A DNA stretch of 20,000 nucleotides from an uncultured virus (IMG/VR IMGVR_UViG_3300008120_010307) (IMGVR_UViG_3300008120_010307); one strand, 5' to 3'. Shown: positions 1 to 10,883, counted from the first letter of the stretch. Notes: a model not told the origin generated them from the letters alone. Numbers and translations are program-made.

Positions 1-1
1 A

Positions 2-2023
2 GACACAGGTAATACGGGGGCTCAGGGTGCTGTGGGGCCACAAGGAGCAACTGGTCCGACAGGACTTTCAGGTGCTCAAGGTGCCCAAGGTGGGGTAGGA
101 CCGACAGGGGCTACAGGACCACAAGGAGCTCAAGGACCTGCGGGTAATACGGGTCATTCTGGTGCACAAGGTGCTACAGGACCAACAGGGCCTGGAGGTA
201 ACACAGGTGCTCAAGGGGCGGTTGGACCGAAAGGGGCTACAGGACCTCAGGGAGCTCAAGGACCCGCAGGTGGTACAGGTAACACAGGGGCTCAGGGTGC
301 CACAGGACCACAAGGTTCACAAGGGGCGGGTGGTGGAACAGGTCATCCAGGTGCCCAAGGTCCCCAAGGAGCGATAGGACCACAAGGTTCACAAGGAGCC
401 ACAGGACACACTGGTGCTCAAGGCCCACAAGGTGCCACAGGACCACAAGGCTCACAAGGGGCTACAGGACATCCTGGTGCCCAAGGTAGTCAGGGTGCGG
501 CCGGACCAAAAGGACCTAATGGATTCACAGGTCATCCTGGAGCGCAAGGACCGCAAGGTTCAGCGGGAGCAACGGGTGCTCAAGGTCAGACAGGTCATCC
601 GGGGGCACAAGGTGCAGGTGGACCTACTGGGTCTCAAGGACAAGGGGGTGGTACAGGACATCCTGGAGCTCAAGGTGCCATAGGACCCAAAGGACCTCAA
701 GGACCTACAGGTGCTACTGGCCATCCTGGTGCTCAAGGTGCTGGTGGAGGTACTGGTAACGAGGGGGCACCAGGTTTCACAGGACATCCAGGTGCACAAG
801 GTGCTACAGGACCAGGAGGTAGTCCGGGTGCTCAGGGTTCACAAGGTTCCCAAGGACCTCAAGGAGCTCAAGGAAATACCGGTCCGACCGGCGTACCGGG
901 AGCTACGGGGCATCCTGGTGCTCAAGGAGCGGTCGGTCCAACTGGCCCACAAGGTCCGTCAGGTAATACAGGACATCCTGGTGCACAGGGAGCAACGGGT
1001 CCTACAGGACCTCAAGGAAATACAGGTGCCACGGGTGCTATTGGACCCCAAGGTGCGGGAGGTGCCACAGGCTCACAAGGGGCTGTAGGACCTCAAGGAG
1101 CAACTGGAGCCACAGGAGCCCAAGGTCCACAAGGTCCAGGTGGTCCTACAGGACCTGGCGGGGCACAAGGTGCTCAAGGAGGAGGAGGTGCCACAGGACC
1201 TCAAGGACCACAAGGTCCAAAGGGACCTCAGGGTGCTACAGGTCCTACAGGGGGTCCTGGTCCAACTGGACCACAAGGTCCTCAGGGACCAACAGGAGCA
1301 CCTGGACCTACAGGTGCCACAGGACCACAAGGTCCTACAGGTGGTCAAGGTACACAAGGCTCATTAGGTGCAACAGGAGGGCAGGGTGCTCAAGGTTCCC
1401 AAGGAGCTGTTGGACCTGGAGGTGTAACATGTCAACTGAATAGTATTATTGCTCTTACAGGAAGTAGAAACCCATGTGTAGGTGTTTGTAATATCACTGT
1501 ACCCAACGTTTATCCATACACTCAAACTGCTTACACAGCCACACAAAACAAATATTTCGATGCTACGAATTGTTCAAATGGTACTTGTGATTGGAATACT
1601 TATAACTGGGAACAATGGAATAGTGCATGTTATTCATTAAACGCCACTTGTGGTAATGGTACCTATCAGCAGGCTTGTGCTTATTCTGACGTGAAACTTA
1701 AAACAGGTATTGAAACCTTGAAAGATTCTCTTATAAAAATATTGGAAATAGAAACTGTTGAGTATGATTGGAACGAAAAAAATTGGGGTACCAAAGAAGA
1801 GTATGAATATTTTGCTCAGATGGGAAGATTACATCAGATAGGTCTAATTGCACAAAACGTAAGAATTCATTTCCCTGAAGCTGTTGGAATCGGTCCTGAT
1901 GGATATTATTACATTGACTACAAGAAATTAAATTCTGTTGTAGTTGAAGGTATAAAAGAACAACAAGTATTTATTGAAGAGATAACTAAACAAGTAGACG
2001 AATTAGAAATTAAATTGAGATAA
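2..2023 (+). CDS. Collagen-like phage fibre protein 1 (5'-truncated by the window) with Cys-rich head and C-terminal S74-type intramolecular chaperone
   Basis: Frame is open from base 2 ([12 protein letters not shown]...), so the GTG at 32 is not the true start. Uninterrupted Gly-X-Y runs to about 1429 and an 8-Cys segment spans 1430-1684. It is followed by [10 protein letters not shown]...EYDWN...IGLIAQNV...FPEAV...IDYKKL...EGIKEQQ, the S74 chaperone pattern. Confidence 0.9.
   Translation, partial: DTGNTGAQGAVGPQGATGPTGLSGAQGAQGGVGPTGATGPQGAQGPAGNTGHSGAQGATGPTGPGGNTGAQGAVGPKGATGPQGAQGPAGGTGNTGAQGATGPQGSQGAGGGTGHPGAQGPQGAIGPQGSQGATGHTGAQGPQGATGPQGSQGATGHPGAQGSQGAAGPKGPNGFTGHPGAQGPQGSAGATGAQGQTGHPGAQGAGGPTGSQGQGGGTGHPGAQGAIGPKGPQGPTGATGHPGAQGAGGGTGNEGAPGFTGHPGAQGATGPGGSPGAQGSQGSQGPQGAQGNTGPTGVPGATGHPGAQGAVGPTGPQGPSGNTGHPGAQGATGPTGPQGNTGATGAIGPQGAGGATGSQGAVGPQGATGATGAQGPQGPGGPTGPGGAQGAQGGGGATGPQGPQGPKGPQGATGPTGGPGPTGPQGPQGPTGAPGPTGATGPQGPTGGQGTQGSLGATGGQGAQGSQGAVGPGGVTCQLNSIIALTGSRNPCVGVCNITVPNVYPYTQTAYTATQNKYFDATNCSNGTCDWNTYNWEQWNSACYSLNATCGNGTYQQACAYSDVKLKTGIETLKDSLIKILEIETVEYDWNEKNWGTKEEYEYFAQMGRLHQIGLIAQNVRIHFPEAVGIGPDGYYYIDYKKLNSVVVEGIKEQQVFIEEITKQVDELEIKLR
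8..1429 (+). repeat. Coding Gly-X-Y repeat with a 7-triplet (63 nt) super-period marked by GHP
   Basis: His-containing triplets fall at positions 14, 35, 42, 49, 56, 63, 70, 77, 84, 98 and 105, counted from nt 35. Confidence 0.9.
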
Positions 2024-5007
2024 TGCCATCTAATGTAATTATATATCCTACCGGTAGAACGTGGAACACTGACCCTCATTTTATTTTTGATGATGGAACT
2101 AATAAATTACAATTCAACGTTTTAACTGACGCAATAAGTCTGTCTGCTGGGTCAATTTCAAATAATTTTGTAATTGGTACAAAAGGTTCAGACAATGGTG
2201 TCACAACCTCAGGGGCTTCCGCACAGTCACTATATTTCAACGCCTCACAATTCATAGGTTCTGGAGGTGTTTGGGTCGGACCAACTGCCGGTATCGCTGG
2301 TGCTCAGGGAGCTCAAGGTGCTCAGGGAGCCCAAGGTGGTCAGGGAGCTCAAGGAGCTCAAGGTGCAAATACAGGAGCTCAAGGTGCTACAGGTGCCCAA
2401 GGAGCAACAGGCGCACAAGGTGCGGCAAACACAACACAAGGTGCTCAAGGTACAATTGGGTCTCAAGGAGCTCAGGGTGCCACAGGAGCTCAGGGTGGAA
2501 ATACGGGTGCTCAAGGAGCCACAGGAGCTCAAGGTAACCAAGGAGCTCAAGGTGCTCAAGGAGGAACAGTTGGAGCTCAGGGTGCTCAGGGTGGTCAGGG
2601 AGCTCAAGGTGCTCAAGGTGCTCAAGGTGCAAACACAGGTGCTCAGGGTGCGACAGGTCCCCAAGGAGCCCAAGGAGCGGTAGGTGCTACAGGAGGAGTT
2701 CAAGGTGCTCAAGGTGCCGTCGGTGCCACAGGTGATTTAGGTGCTCAGGGAGCTCAAGGAGCCAATACCGGAGCCCAAGGTGCTCAAGGTGCACAGGGAA
2801 CTCAAGGTGCACAAGGTGCTCAGGGAGGAAATACTGGTGCACAAGGTGCTCAGGGTACTCAGGGTACACAAGGTGCTACAGGTGCTCAAGGAGGAGTACA
2901 AGGTGCTCAAGGTGCTATAGGTACTACAGGACCACAAGGTGCTCAAGGGGCCCAAGGGGCAAACACAGGAGCTCAAGGTGCTCAAGGTGGTCAAGGTGCT
3001 CAAGGAGCTCAAGGTGCTCAAGGAGGAGTACAAGGTGCTCAAGGGGCTACAGGTCCTACGGGGGTACAAGGAGCACAAGGTGCACAAGGAGGAGTACAAG
3101 GAGCACAAGGTGCAACAGGACCTCAAGGAGCTCAAGGGGCTCAGGGATTACAAGGTGGACTTCAAGGTGCCCAAGGTGCAACAGGTGCTCAAGGTGCACA
3201 AGGTTCTACAGGTGCTCAAGGAGGTACCCAAGGAGCTCAAGGTGCCACAGGACCACAAGGTGCACAAGGAGCAATAGGAGCTCAAGGAGGAGTACAAGGT
3301 GCTCAGGGTGCAACAGGAGCAGCGGGAGCTCAAGGTGCTCAAGGAGCCCAAGGTGCAAATACAGGTGCTCAAGGCGCCACAGGACCTCAAGGTGCTCAGG
3401 GGGCGACAGGAGCCCAAGGGGGTGTACAAGGTGCTCAAGGCGCCACAGGTCCTCAAGGTGCTCAAGGTGCTCAGGGGGCTCAAGGTGCAAATACAGGAGC
3501 TCAGGGTGCTACAGGTCCTCAAGGTGCTCAAGGTGCTCAGGGAGCCCAGGGTGCCAGTCCAGGTGCTCAGGGCGCTCAAGGTCCAAAAGGACCTCAAGGT
3601 GCTCAAGGAGCCCAAGGTGGAAGTGCAGGTGCCACGGGTGCGCAAGGTGCAACAGGTCCTCAAGGAGCTCAAGGTGCCCAAAGTGGTATAACAGGACAGG
3701 CAGGAGCTCAGGGTGCTACAGGTCCCCAAGGGGCACAAGGTGCTCAAGGTGGAAGTGCCGGTGCTACAGGAGCAGTCGGTGCACAAGGAGCTACAGGAGC
3801 ACAAGGAGCCCAAGGTGCTAATCAAGGAGCACAAGGTGCTACGGGTGCTACAGGAGCTCAAGGTGCTCAAGGTGCTCAAGGTGCTAATCAAGGAGCCCAA
3901 GGTGCGACAGGTCCACAAGGTGCTCAGGGTTCACAGGGTGCACAAGGTGCTAATCAGGGAGCACAGGGGGCTCAAGGAGCTCAAGGTGCTCAAGGTTCTC
4001 AGGGAGCACAAGGAGCCAATCAGGGTGCACAAGGTGCTACAGGTCCACAAGGTGCACAAGGTGCAATTGGACCAAATAATACGACACAAGGTGCTCAAGG
4101 TGCTCAGGGAGGTCAAGGTACTCAGGGAAGTCAAGGAGCACAGGGTGCTAACCAAGGCGCTCAAGGGGCACCTGGAGTTCAAGGAGCTCAAGGAGCACAA
4201 GGTGCACAGGGTGCTAATCAAGGGGCTCAGGGAGCACCTGGAGTTCAAGGAGCTCAAGGTGCTCAAGGTTCTCAAAGTGCTACTTCGGGAGCACAAGGTT
4301 CTACAGGACCTCAAGGTGCTCAAGGTTCTACAGGACCCGGTCCTGGTCCGCAAGGAGCCCAAGGTCCACAAGGATTGACTGGAGGTGGAGGGAACACAGG
4401 TGCACAAGGGTCCCAAGGAGCTACAGGAGCCACGGGTCCTACAGGTGCTCCTGGTGGAACAGGAGCCACAGGTGCTCAAGGAGCCACAGGATTTGCTGGA
4501 AGCACTCAGGGTGCTCCAGGTGTACCAGGACCACAGGGGGCTCAAGGTCCGACAGGTGTTGGTGGTGCCACAGGCCCAACAGGCCCAACAGGTTTCAAGG
4601 GGAATACAGGCCCAACAGGCCCAACAGGTGCCACAGGTGCTCAGGGAGCACAAGGCGCTAAGTCAGATAAAAGATTAAAAGATAATATAGTTGAATTCAA
4701 AGAACCTCTCACCCGTCTGAAACAAATCCAAGGTGTTAAATTTACTTGGGACCATGAACATCCTAAAATTAAATTTCATAAGCACCTGAATGCTAAAGAA
4801 GCGTTCACAGGTGATACTTATGGATTCATAGCTCAAGATGTAGAAAAAGTATTTCCTGAGATTGTTGACACTGACCCAACTGATGGATACAAATCTATGG
4901 ATTATGGACTCTTGGTTAGTTTAGCCTTCGCATCAATTAAAGAGAATCAAAAAAGAATATTGTCAGTGAAAGATAGAATAAATAGATTAAAACAAGTAGT
5001 GAACTAA
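2023..5007 (+). CDS. Collagen-like phage fibre protein 2 with periodic interruptions and C-terminal S74-type chaperone
   Basis: TAATG overlap with the upstream gene. About 90 aa N-domain, Gly-X-Y region 2290-4662, then SDKRLKDNI...FTWD...[16 protein letters not shown]...MDYGLL. Confidence 0.92.
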   Translation: MPSNVIIYPTGRTWNTDPHFIFDDGTNKLQFNVLTDAISLSAGSISNNFVIGTKGSDNGVTTSGASAQSLYFNASQFIGSGGVWVGPTAGIAGAQGAQGAQGAQGGQGAQGAQGANTGAQGATGAQGATGAQGAANTTQGAQGTIGSQGAQGATGAQGGNTGAQGATGAQGNQGAQGAQGGTVGAQGAQGGQGAQGAQGAQGANTGAQGATGPQGAQGAVGATGGVQGAQGAVGATGDLGAQGAQGANTGAQGAQGAQGTQGAQGAQGGNTGAQGAQGTQGTQGATGAQGGVQGAQGAIGTTGPQGAQGAQGANTGAQGAQGGQGAQGAQGAQGGVQGAQGATGPTGVQGAQGAQGGVQGAQGATGPQGAQGAQGLQGGLQGAQGATGAQGAQGSTGAQGGTQGAQGATGPQGAQGAIGAQGGVQGAQGATGAAGAQGAQGAQGANTGAQGATGPQGAQGATGAQGGVQGAQGATGPQGAQGAQGAQGANTGAQGATGPQGAQGAQGAQGASPGAQGAQGPKGPQGAQGAQGGSAGATGAQGATGPQGAQGAQSGITGQAGAQGATGPQGAQGAQGGSAGATGAVGAQGATGAQGAQGANQGAQGATGATGAQGAQGAQGANQGAQGATGPQGAQGSQGAQGANQGAQGAQGAQGAQGSQGAQGANQGAQGATGPQGAQGAIGPNNTTQGAQGAQGGQGTQGSQGAQGANQGAQGAPGVQGAQGAQGAQGANQGAQGAPGVQGAQGAQGSQSATSGAQGSTGPQGAQGSTGPGPGPQGAQGPQGLTGGGGNTGAQGSQGATGATGPTGAPGGTGATGAQGATGFAGSTQGAPGVPGPQGAQGPTGVGGATGPTGPTGFKGNTGPTGPTGATGAQGAQGAKSDKRLKDNIVEFKEPLTRLKQIQGVKFTWDHEHPKIKFHKHLNAKEAFTGDTYGFIAQDVEKVFPEIVDTDPTDGYKSMDYGLLVSLAFASIKENQKRILSVKDRINRLKQVVN
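2290..4662 (+). repeat. Coding collagen repeat with a 22-aa (66 nt) unit: six triplets plus one 4-residue unit
   Basis: Units end in GANT, GGNT, GGTV, GGVQ, GASP, GGSA or GANQ every 22 residues through most of the region. Confidence 0.9.
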
Positions 5008-8000
5008 TGGCATCATACGTAGTATATTCAGGGACGAGTTATCTAAATGCGTGTAATTCTGTGGCATCACAGACTATTTATACACCGTGTCCATCACTAA
5101 GTGGAGGTTGTGTAGTCTATACAGATGCAGGTTATACTAATGTTATTACTTTCTCTCCATTATTACCTAATTTATATCTAAAGGATTCTGTTGATACAAC
5201 GGTTTGGAAGATAAATAGGACAGGAACTGTCACGGAGGTTAGAAAATGTACTGAATTTTCAGGTGATGAAAATATAATTGTTTATCCTGATGGAGCCAAT
5301 TTTCAACTTATAGATTCTGGAGGAACTGCCACTAACTGGTATATGGAGAATGGTGAGTTGAAATTTGGAACTTTAACTTCCACTTTAGCAAGAATAAGTA
5401 CTTCCTATCCAAACCTCAGAGTCAGTGGGGGGTCAATAACACTTACTAACAAACTTGCAAATGCCTCGGGAGATTTAATAAATTCAACAGGATGGGTCGG
5501 AGCTAAATTACCTCAAGGTCCAACGGGTGCTCAAGGTTCACAAGGTTCTACTGGTGCTCAAGGAGCTCAAGGGGGTCAAGGAGCACAGGGTACCCAAGGT
5601 TCAACAGGTGCCCAAGGTTCTCAGGGTGCTCAAGGGGGACAAGGTGCTCAAGGTGCTCAAGGGTCACAAGGACCTACAGGTGCACAAGGTTCACAAGGTG
5701 GTCAAGGTTCACAAGGCTCACAAGGTTTTACAGGTGCTCAGGGTTCACAAGGAGCTCAAGGAGGACAAGGTGCTCAGGGTTCACAAGGAACTTTGGGACC
5801 CACAGGAGCTCAAGGTTCTCAAGGTGGTCAAGGAGCCCAAGGAGCCCAAGGTTCAACAGGTGCTCAAGGTTCGCAAGGAGCACAGGGTGGACAGGGCGCT
5901 CAAGGTTCACAAGGGGCTAAAGGTCTCACAGGTGCTCAAGGGGCACAAGGTGGACAAGGTGCCCAAGGTGCTCAAGGTTCCCAAGGTACAACAGGAGCCC
6001 AAGGTTCCCAAGGGGGACAAGGTGCTCAAGGTGCTCAAGGCGCAGTTGGTCCTACAGGTGCTCAAGGAGCTCAGGGTGGACAAGGGGCTCAAGGAGCTCA
6101 AGGGGCTGTCGGTCTCACAGGAGCTCAAGGAGCTCAAGGTGGGCAAGGTGCTCAAGGAGCACAAGGGGCTCTCGGTCCTACAGGAGCTCAAGGTTCCCAA
6201 GGTGGACAGGGTGCTCAAGGAGCACAAGGTTCACAAGGTTTAACAGGTGCGCAAGGGTCCCAAGGTGGTCAAGGAGCTCAAGGAGCTCAGGGAGGACAAG
6301 GTGCTCAAGGTGCCCAAGGTCCTAAAGGTCCACAAGGTGCTCAAGGAGCCCAAGGTGCTCAAGGTTCAACAGGAGCCCAAGGTTCCCAAGGTGGAACAGG
6401 AGCCCAAGGTGCTCAAGGTTCAACAGGAGCCCAAGGTTCACAAGGTTCACAAGGTGGAACAGGAGCCCAAGGTGCTCAAGGTTCAACAGGAGCCCAAGGT
6501 TCACAAGGTTCCCAAGGAGGACAAGGTGCCCAAGGGGCTCAAGGTACAACAGGTGCCCAAGGAGCTCAAGGAGCTACAGGAGGTCAAGGTGCTCAGGGTT
6601 CTCAAGGACCCACAGGAGCCCAAGGTTCTCAAGGTGCCGGAGGAGGACAAGGTGCACAAGGAGCTCAAGGTATAGTTGGAGCCCAAGGTGCTCAAGGTGG
6701 AGGTGGAGGACAGGGTGCACAAGGAGCACAAGGAACGACAGGTCCCGTAGGTGCACAAGGTTCACAAGGTGGGCAAGGTGCTCAAGGTTCCCAAGGTGCA
6801 CAAGGTGCCACAGGAGCTCAAGGTTCTCAGGGCGTCGCCGGAGCTCAAGGTGCTCAAGGTGCTCAAGGAGCTGTTGGTAGTCAAGGTTCACAAGGAGGAC
6901 AGGGTGCACAAGGAGCTCAAGGTTCACAAGGAGCTCAAGGTGCAACTGGTCCTGGTGGCGGACAAGGTGCTCAGGGAGCACAAGGAGCCACAGGTTCACA
7001 AGGTGCTCAAGGTGGAGGTGGTGGACAAGGTGCCCAAGGTGCTCAAGGGCCCGTCGGTTCACAAGGTTTTCAAGGAACAACTGGAGGTCAAGGTGCACAA
7101 GGTGCGCAAGGACCTACTGGACCTACAGGTATCACAGGACCTAAAGGGGGTCAAGGTGCACAAGGTGCTCAGGGAGGACAAGGTGCACAGGGACCACAAG
7201 GTCATATCGGTGCAAACGGTGCAACTGGTGTTCCTGGTCCTATTGGTCCCAAAGGACCTACGGGTCCTACGGGAGGTCAAGGTGCTCAAGGAGCTCAAGG
7301 ACCTGGTGGTGCTCAAGGGGCTCAAGGTCCTACGGGAGGTCAAGGTGCTCAAGGAGCTCAAGGACCTGGTGGTGCTCAAGGGGCTCAAGGTCCTACGGGA
7401 GGTCAAGGTGCCCAAGGTCCCAAAGGTCCAATAGGTGGACAAGGTTCTCAAGGTCCCACAGGGGCTCAGGGTACCGCCGGAGGACAAGGTTCTCAAGGCG
7501 GTGGTGGTGCCCAAGGTGCTCAAGGTGCTCAAGGTCCGCAAGGAGGCCAAGGTGCTCAAGGCGGTGGTGGTGCCACAGGAGCTCAAGGACCTCAGGGGGG
7601 TCAAGGTGCCCAAGGACCACAAGGTGGTCAAGGTCCACAAGGTGCACAAGGTGCAACCGGTCCAAATGGTTTACAAGGTGCTCAAGGTGCACAAGGTACC
7701 ACTGGTTCTGACCTAAGATTAAAAAAGGACGTAAAAGAAATACAATCCCCACTAGAAAAAGTCCTGAAATTGAGAGGTGTTTCATTCTATTGGAATAAAT
7801 TAAATGATGAAACATCCCAATCAGGTAAACATGATATTGGATTCATTGCCCAAGAAATAGGTCATATATTACCTGAATTGGTTTTCAAGAAAAACACCGA
7901 GAACGCATATTTCATGGTAAAATATGCTGAAGTAATAGCTGTTTGTTTAGAAGCCATTAAAGAACAATCCTTGATTTTGGAATCTAAAGAAATAAAACTT

Positions 8001-8042
8001 GATGAGTTAGAGACAATAGCCAAGGAAAGAGGACTTATTTAG
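5007..8042 (+). CDS. Collagen-like phage fibre protein 3 with N-terminal Cys domain and C-terminal S74-type chaperone
   Basis: TAATG overlap. 170 aa N-region, 243 Gly-X-Y triplets (5517-7703), then SDLRLKKDV...FYWN...IGFIAQEI...LPELV...VKYAEV...EAIKEQ. Confidence 0.92.
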   Translation: MASYVVYSGTSYLNACNSVASQTIYTPCPSLSGGCVVYTDAGYTNVITFSPLLPNLYLKDSVDTTVWKINRTGTVTEVRKCTEFSGDENIIVYPDGANFQLIDSGGTATNWYMENGELKFGTLTSTLARISTSYPNLRVSGGSITLTNKLANASGDLINSTGWVGAKLPQGPTGAQGSQGSTGAQGAQGGQGAQGTQGSTGAQGSQGAQGGQGAQGAQGSQGPTGAQGSQGGQGSQGSQGFTGAQGSQGAQGGQGAQGSQGTLGPTGAQGSQGGQGAQGAQGSTGAQGSQGAQGGQGAQGSQGAKGLTGAQGAQGGQGAQGAQGSQGTTGAQGSQGGQGAQGAQGAVGPTGAQGAQGGQGAQGAQGAVGLTGAQGAQGGQGAQGAQGALGPTGAQGSQGGQGAQGAQGSQGLTGAQGSQGGQGAQGAQGGQGAQGAQGPKGPQGAQGAQGAQGSTGAQGSQGGTGAQGAQGSTGAQGSQGSQGGTGAQGAQGSTGAQGSQGSQGGQGAQGAQGTTGAQGAQGATGGQGAQGSQGPTGAQGSQGAGGGQGAQGAQGIVGAQGAQGGGGGQGAQGAQGTTGPVGAQGSQGGQGAQGSQGAQGATGAQGSQGVAGAQGAQGAQGAVGSQGSQGGQGAQGAQGSQGAQGATGPGGGQGAQGAQGATGSQGAQGGGGGQGAQGAQGPVGSQGFQGTTGGQGAQGAQGPTGPTGITGPKGGQGAQGAQGGQGAQGPQGHIGANGATGVPGPIGPKGPTGPTGGQGAQGAQGPGGAQGAQGPTGGQGAQGAQGPGGAQGAQGPTGGQGAQGPKGPIGGQGSQGPTGAQGTAGGQGSQGGGGAQGAQGAQGPQGGQGAQGGGGATGAQGPQGGQGAQGPQGGQGPQGAQGATGPNGLQGAQGAQGTTGSDLRLKKDVKEIQSPLEKVLKLRGVSFYWNKLNDETSQSGKHDIGFIAQEIGHILPELVFKKNTENAYFMVKYAEVIAVCLEAIKEQSLILESKEIKLDELETIAKERGLI
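5517..7703 (+). repeat. Coding Gly-X-Y repeat with a 7-triplet super-period marked by GGQ
   Basis: GGQ at triplets 7, 14, 21, 28 and onward. The 2187 nt equal exactly 243 triplets. Confidence 0.9.
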
Positions 8043-8890
8043 ATTTCGGTCTTTTGAATTAAATCTCTTATTTCGAAACCAGTTTGGTATAACATCGACA
8101 GAAATTTTTTCCAAATTTCTGGGTTATACTTTTTAATCAATTCAACATAATAAATGTAGTAAGGTTCTTCTCCTCCTCTCTCAGACATAAAATCTGCAAG
8201 TTGAGGATTATCGGTGGTTAAATTTTTGAAAACTCTGATAAGGTCATTTCCCAAATGTTCATCATTTATTCTAAATAAAATATCCTTCGAGAGTTTAGAT
8301 AGTGGGTCACCCTTGGCAAAATAATTGATTATATTTTTTAATGATTTTTCTAAAAATTGTAGGTTTTCAATTTTTCTGTTTCTTTTAACTCTTCTTTCAA
8401 ATTCGAGAACCAAACCCTCCAAAAATTCATTTGAAATTGCAAAAAATTCTATTGGATGACCCCAATAATCTTTATCTGATTTCTCATTGTAAGTCACCAT
8501 ATATTTGGGACTAAACAAATGAGATTGTGTTGGGTCACTGGCATGTATCATTTCATGATATAGTGTAAGATAAAGTGTTTTTTTTGACTCGTAGTGTTTT
8601 GGATTTACTTCGATTACAATATCTGCCGGGTCGACTGACTTTTGAGGTTTTGTACCCATCTGACCCATGTAGGGTAGTCTTGGGTTTACCACGACTCTAG
8701 CTAAACCCTCTACTCCATCGGCTAATTTAAAAGGAATGACATCAACTAGTTCTTTTCCTTTATAAGGTTTATTTCTATCAGACCATAATTTTTCTGTGAC
8801 GGATTTCATTCTATCTCTCACATCATCAGAAAATTTATATCTCTGTGCCTCCAATATTAGATTGGTGATTATATTTCTTATTTTAGTCAT
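8039..8890 (-). CDS. Hypothetical protein with HExxH zincin-like motif (putative metallopeptidase)
   Basis: [12 protein letters not shown] plus a downstream HPIEFFA glutamate. The start was moved to the ATG at 8890, which overlaps the upstream TGA as ATGA. Confidence 0.7.
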   Translation of the reverse strand: MTKIRNIITNLILEAQRYKFSDDVRDRMKSVTEKLWSDRNKPYKGKELVDVIPFKLADGVEGLARVVVNPRLPYMGQMGTKPQKSVDPADIVIEVNPKHYESKKTLYLTLYHEMIHASDPTQSHLFSPKYMVTYNEKSDKDYWGHPIEFFAISNEFLEGLVLEFERRVKRNRKIENLQFLEKSLKNIINYFAKGDPLSKLSKDILFRINDEHLGNDLIRVFKNLTTDNPQLADFMSERGGEEPYYIYYVELIKKYNPEIWKKFLSMLYQTGFEIRDLIQKTEI

Positions 8891-9669
8891 TTTTGTAAAT
8901 CTACCCCCCAATTTATTGGAATCTCTTTAAGACTTATTTTACTTACGAATTTATCAAAAGCGTTCTTGAAGGTCACCTGAGCTTTCTTGATGTCTTTAAT
9001 TCTTGCCATATCAGGTAAAATCCCTGTAGATAAATATGCTTGAATCTCATCATCAATTACATTTTCACCATAACCCATGTTTTTGATTTTTCTTGTCATG
9101 GAATCTAATGTAGATGGATTTAGGTTATTGATATTATAAGATTGTAAGTTTTTATAGTTAGGTGAACTATACCACAACCCATGTGCTAGTTCATGATAGA
9201 TTAAACTCAAGTCCTCTCCATCTGTTTGGTCGATACCGATTAAATAAAAATTGTTGTTACCTGTTTTTTCTTTTATGGTATCAATAATTGAAAACATAAT
9301 AAGGTCAAAATAATTTATGTCAGGAATCACTTTTATACACGATTCGATTGAATCACACGGTAAATTATAACCAGACCAATCTTCATGATATGTGAAAATG
9401 TCATTCTTGGTTTTTTCCTTATAGAATTTTACAAAGTCAACCCACTTGAAGCCTTGTCCTCTGAATGTCTCTGAGTCTGACTCATAAAATTCCTGATAAC
9501 GCATGAAAACCCGGGCACGTAGTTTGTCATCTTTGATTACAACGGCAAAAATCTTTGGGAATATCTCAAACAATCTAATCTTAGATAGAATGTTTTTAAT
9601 ATTCTTCGGGGGGTTTTTAGGTGGACTTTGAACCCTCTCATGAATGGTATTTATACTTTTATTATTCAT
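8887..9669 (-). CDS. Hypothetical protein with HExxH motif (putative metallopeptidase)
   Basis: LIYHELAHGLWY with downstream DDEIQAY. Its start overlaps the stop of the upstream gene. Confidence 0.7.
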   Translation of the reverse strand: MNNKSINTIHERVQSPPKNPPKNIKNILSKIRLFEIFPKIFAVVIKDDKLRARVFMRYQEFYESDSETFRGQGFKWVDFVKFYKEKTKNDIFTYHEDWSGYNLPCDSIESCIKVIPDINYFDLIMFSIIDTIKEKTGNNNFYLIGIDQTDGEDLSLIYHELAHGLWYSSPNYKNLQSYNINNLNPSTLDSMTRKIKNMGYGENVIDDEIQAYLSTGILPDMARIKDIKKAQVTFKNAFDKFVSKISLKEIPINWGVDLQK

Positions 9670-10652
9670 CAGAAAAAATCACTGAAATACATGTTTATAT
9701 TTTTATCGACCTCTCTACTATCGGGGTAGTCAGAAATCCTTGGGTACAAACAATCATTGTTTTCGTCTAATATTCTAATAAAATACGCTTCATCTTCAAT
9801 TGCGTTTGAATACTTGTTATGTAAGAAATCGTAAATTTGTCCTTCGAAATCCTTTATTTTCATTTTGTATTGATACTTCATAGTATCTTTTTTATAAGGA
9901 TGTGGGGATGATATCCACTCACCCTCATAGAAATAATCACCCAATTCATTCATTATATTTTTATAAATTTGACTCTCATATGCTGAATTGTAAGCGTCGG
10001 AGTGTATTCTATACAAATCACCTTCAATATCCAAATATTTTTTCATCAATTCATTGAATGTATCTCTATCATCCACAATTCTGGCTATGTTTGATTCGTT
10101 TACTTCAACGTAGTCTGGATGACCTTGTTCAGAGGCAATCAATTCTAGTTCCTCAGTCTCTGTTTCTACCCGTTCATTTTTTAAATCATCTATAATCTTC
10201 TTGTATAAAGTTTTCAAATTTTCTTGATTTAATTCCTCAACCACGTCTCTATGAACATCATCAGTTGTTTCTGAATAATATTCAAACCAATCATTATCCT
10301 CACCCAAGATATTCTCAATGGTGTCTCGTGAAAAATCTCTACTACTATCACAAAAAAGTGTTGCTAATTCTTTTCTGTCGTCCAAAATCAAATAAGCATC
10401 ACCTTTTTCATCAATTTGAACATCTCCTAAAATGCGATTCATGTATTTGTAAAACTCTTGTTTATCATTCTCCATGGTCCAAATGAAATATTGGTTTTGC
10501 CATTCTCTACTGTCATTGGCTAATGGGTCTAATAAATGAAAAAGTTTTTTCGATTTAAGCACCGCAAAAAAATCATCATAATCATTGTTGAAGTATTTCA
10601 ACGCCCATGTGTCACCATCATTAAAATCACTTATAATTTCTTGCCAATTCAT
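9669..10652 (-). CDS. Acidic hypothetical protein
   Basis: 327 aa D/E-rich ORF coupled to the next gene, with a TATTTATA motif just upstream. Confidence 0.8.
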   Translation of the reverse strand: MNWQEIISDFNDGDTWALKYFNNDYDDFFAVLKSKKLFHLLDPLANDSREWQNQYFIWTMENDKQEFYKYMNRILGDVQIDEKGDAYLILDDRKELATLFCDSSRDFSRDTIENILGEDNDWFEYYSETTDDVHRDVVEELNQENLKTLYKKIIDDLKNERVETETEELELIASEQGHPDYVEVNESNIARIVDDRDTFNELMKKYLDIEGDLYRIHSDAYNSAYESQIYKNIMNELGDYFYEGEWISSPHPYKKDTMKYQYKMKIKDFEGQIYDFLHNKYSNAIEDEAYFIRILDENNDCLYPRISDYPDSREVDKNINMYFSDFF

Positions 10653-10655
10653 ACA

Positions 10656-10663
10656 TATAAATA
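10656..10663 (-). promoter_or_regulatory. TATTTATA putative phage promoter motif
   Basis: Lies 3 nt upstream of the ATG at 10652. The same motif recurs before other transcription units. Confidence 0.55.
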
Positions 10664-10664
10664 C

Positions 10665-10693
10665 AAAAAAAGGGACAAATTTTGTCCCTTTTT
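10665..10693 (-). terminator. Intrinsic terminator, potentially bidirectional
   Basis: Inverted repeat AAAAAGGGACAAA-T-TTTGTCCCTTTTT with T-tails on both strands, directly downstream of the 10713-10883 gene. Confidence 0.8.
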
Positions 10694-10712
10694 ATAAAAT
10701 ACCTTTTTCAGA

Positions 10713-10883
10713 TTATTTTCTGACCCAACCATTAGATTTTTGAGCCGTATAATATTTTTCAATTGTTTTTTTCACGGCATCTTTAACCTGTTCTTGTGGA
10801 GTTTTTTGAGCTTCCTGAAGTTGTTGGTTATTCACTTGAGGTTGAGGAGTTTGATTACCTTTGTTTTTACAACCGCATCCCAT
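10713..10883 (-). CDS. 56-aa micro-protein starting MGCGCKNK (absent from the ORF track)
   Basis: Translates as MGCGCKNKGNQTPQPQVNNQQLQEAQKTPQEQVKDAVKKTIEKYYTAQKSNGWVRK*. It has its own upstream TATTTATA and downstream terminator. Confidence 0.8.
   Translation of the reverse strand: MGCGCKNKGNQTPQPQVNNQQLQEAQKTPQEQVKDAVKKTIEKYYTAQKSNGWVRK

Noticed and set aside
1430..1684. Asn-rich tip as a diversity-generating retroelement variable region
   Set aside because: No template repeat or reverse transcriptase is visible in the window.
1..7703. High-GC block suggesting horizontal transfer or a eukaryotic collagen
   Set aside because: The GC content is explained by Gly/Ala/Pro codons. Third positions and non-repeat domains are AT-rich like the rest, there are no introns, and the S74 chaperones are phage-type.
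2290..7703. Periodic DNA repeats as a CRISPR array
   Set aside because: The repeats are degenerate, codon-phased and inside ORFs, with no constant repeat/unique spacer structure.
68..7815. Many alternative-frame and antisense ORFs (LKVLKE-, STLST- and LEHL-rich) over the collagen genes
   Set aside because: These are shadows of the repetitive GGT-GCT-CAA codons, which lack stops in other frames.
8040..8042. Stop-codon reassignment, as seen in some large phages
   Set aside because: Genes are full length and densely packed under the standard code, and TAA, TGA and TAG all end genes at expected domain boundaries.
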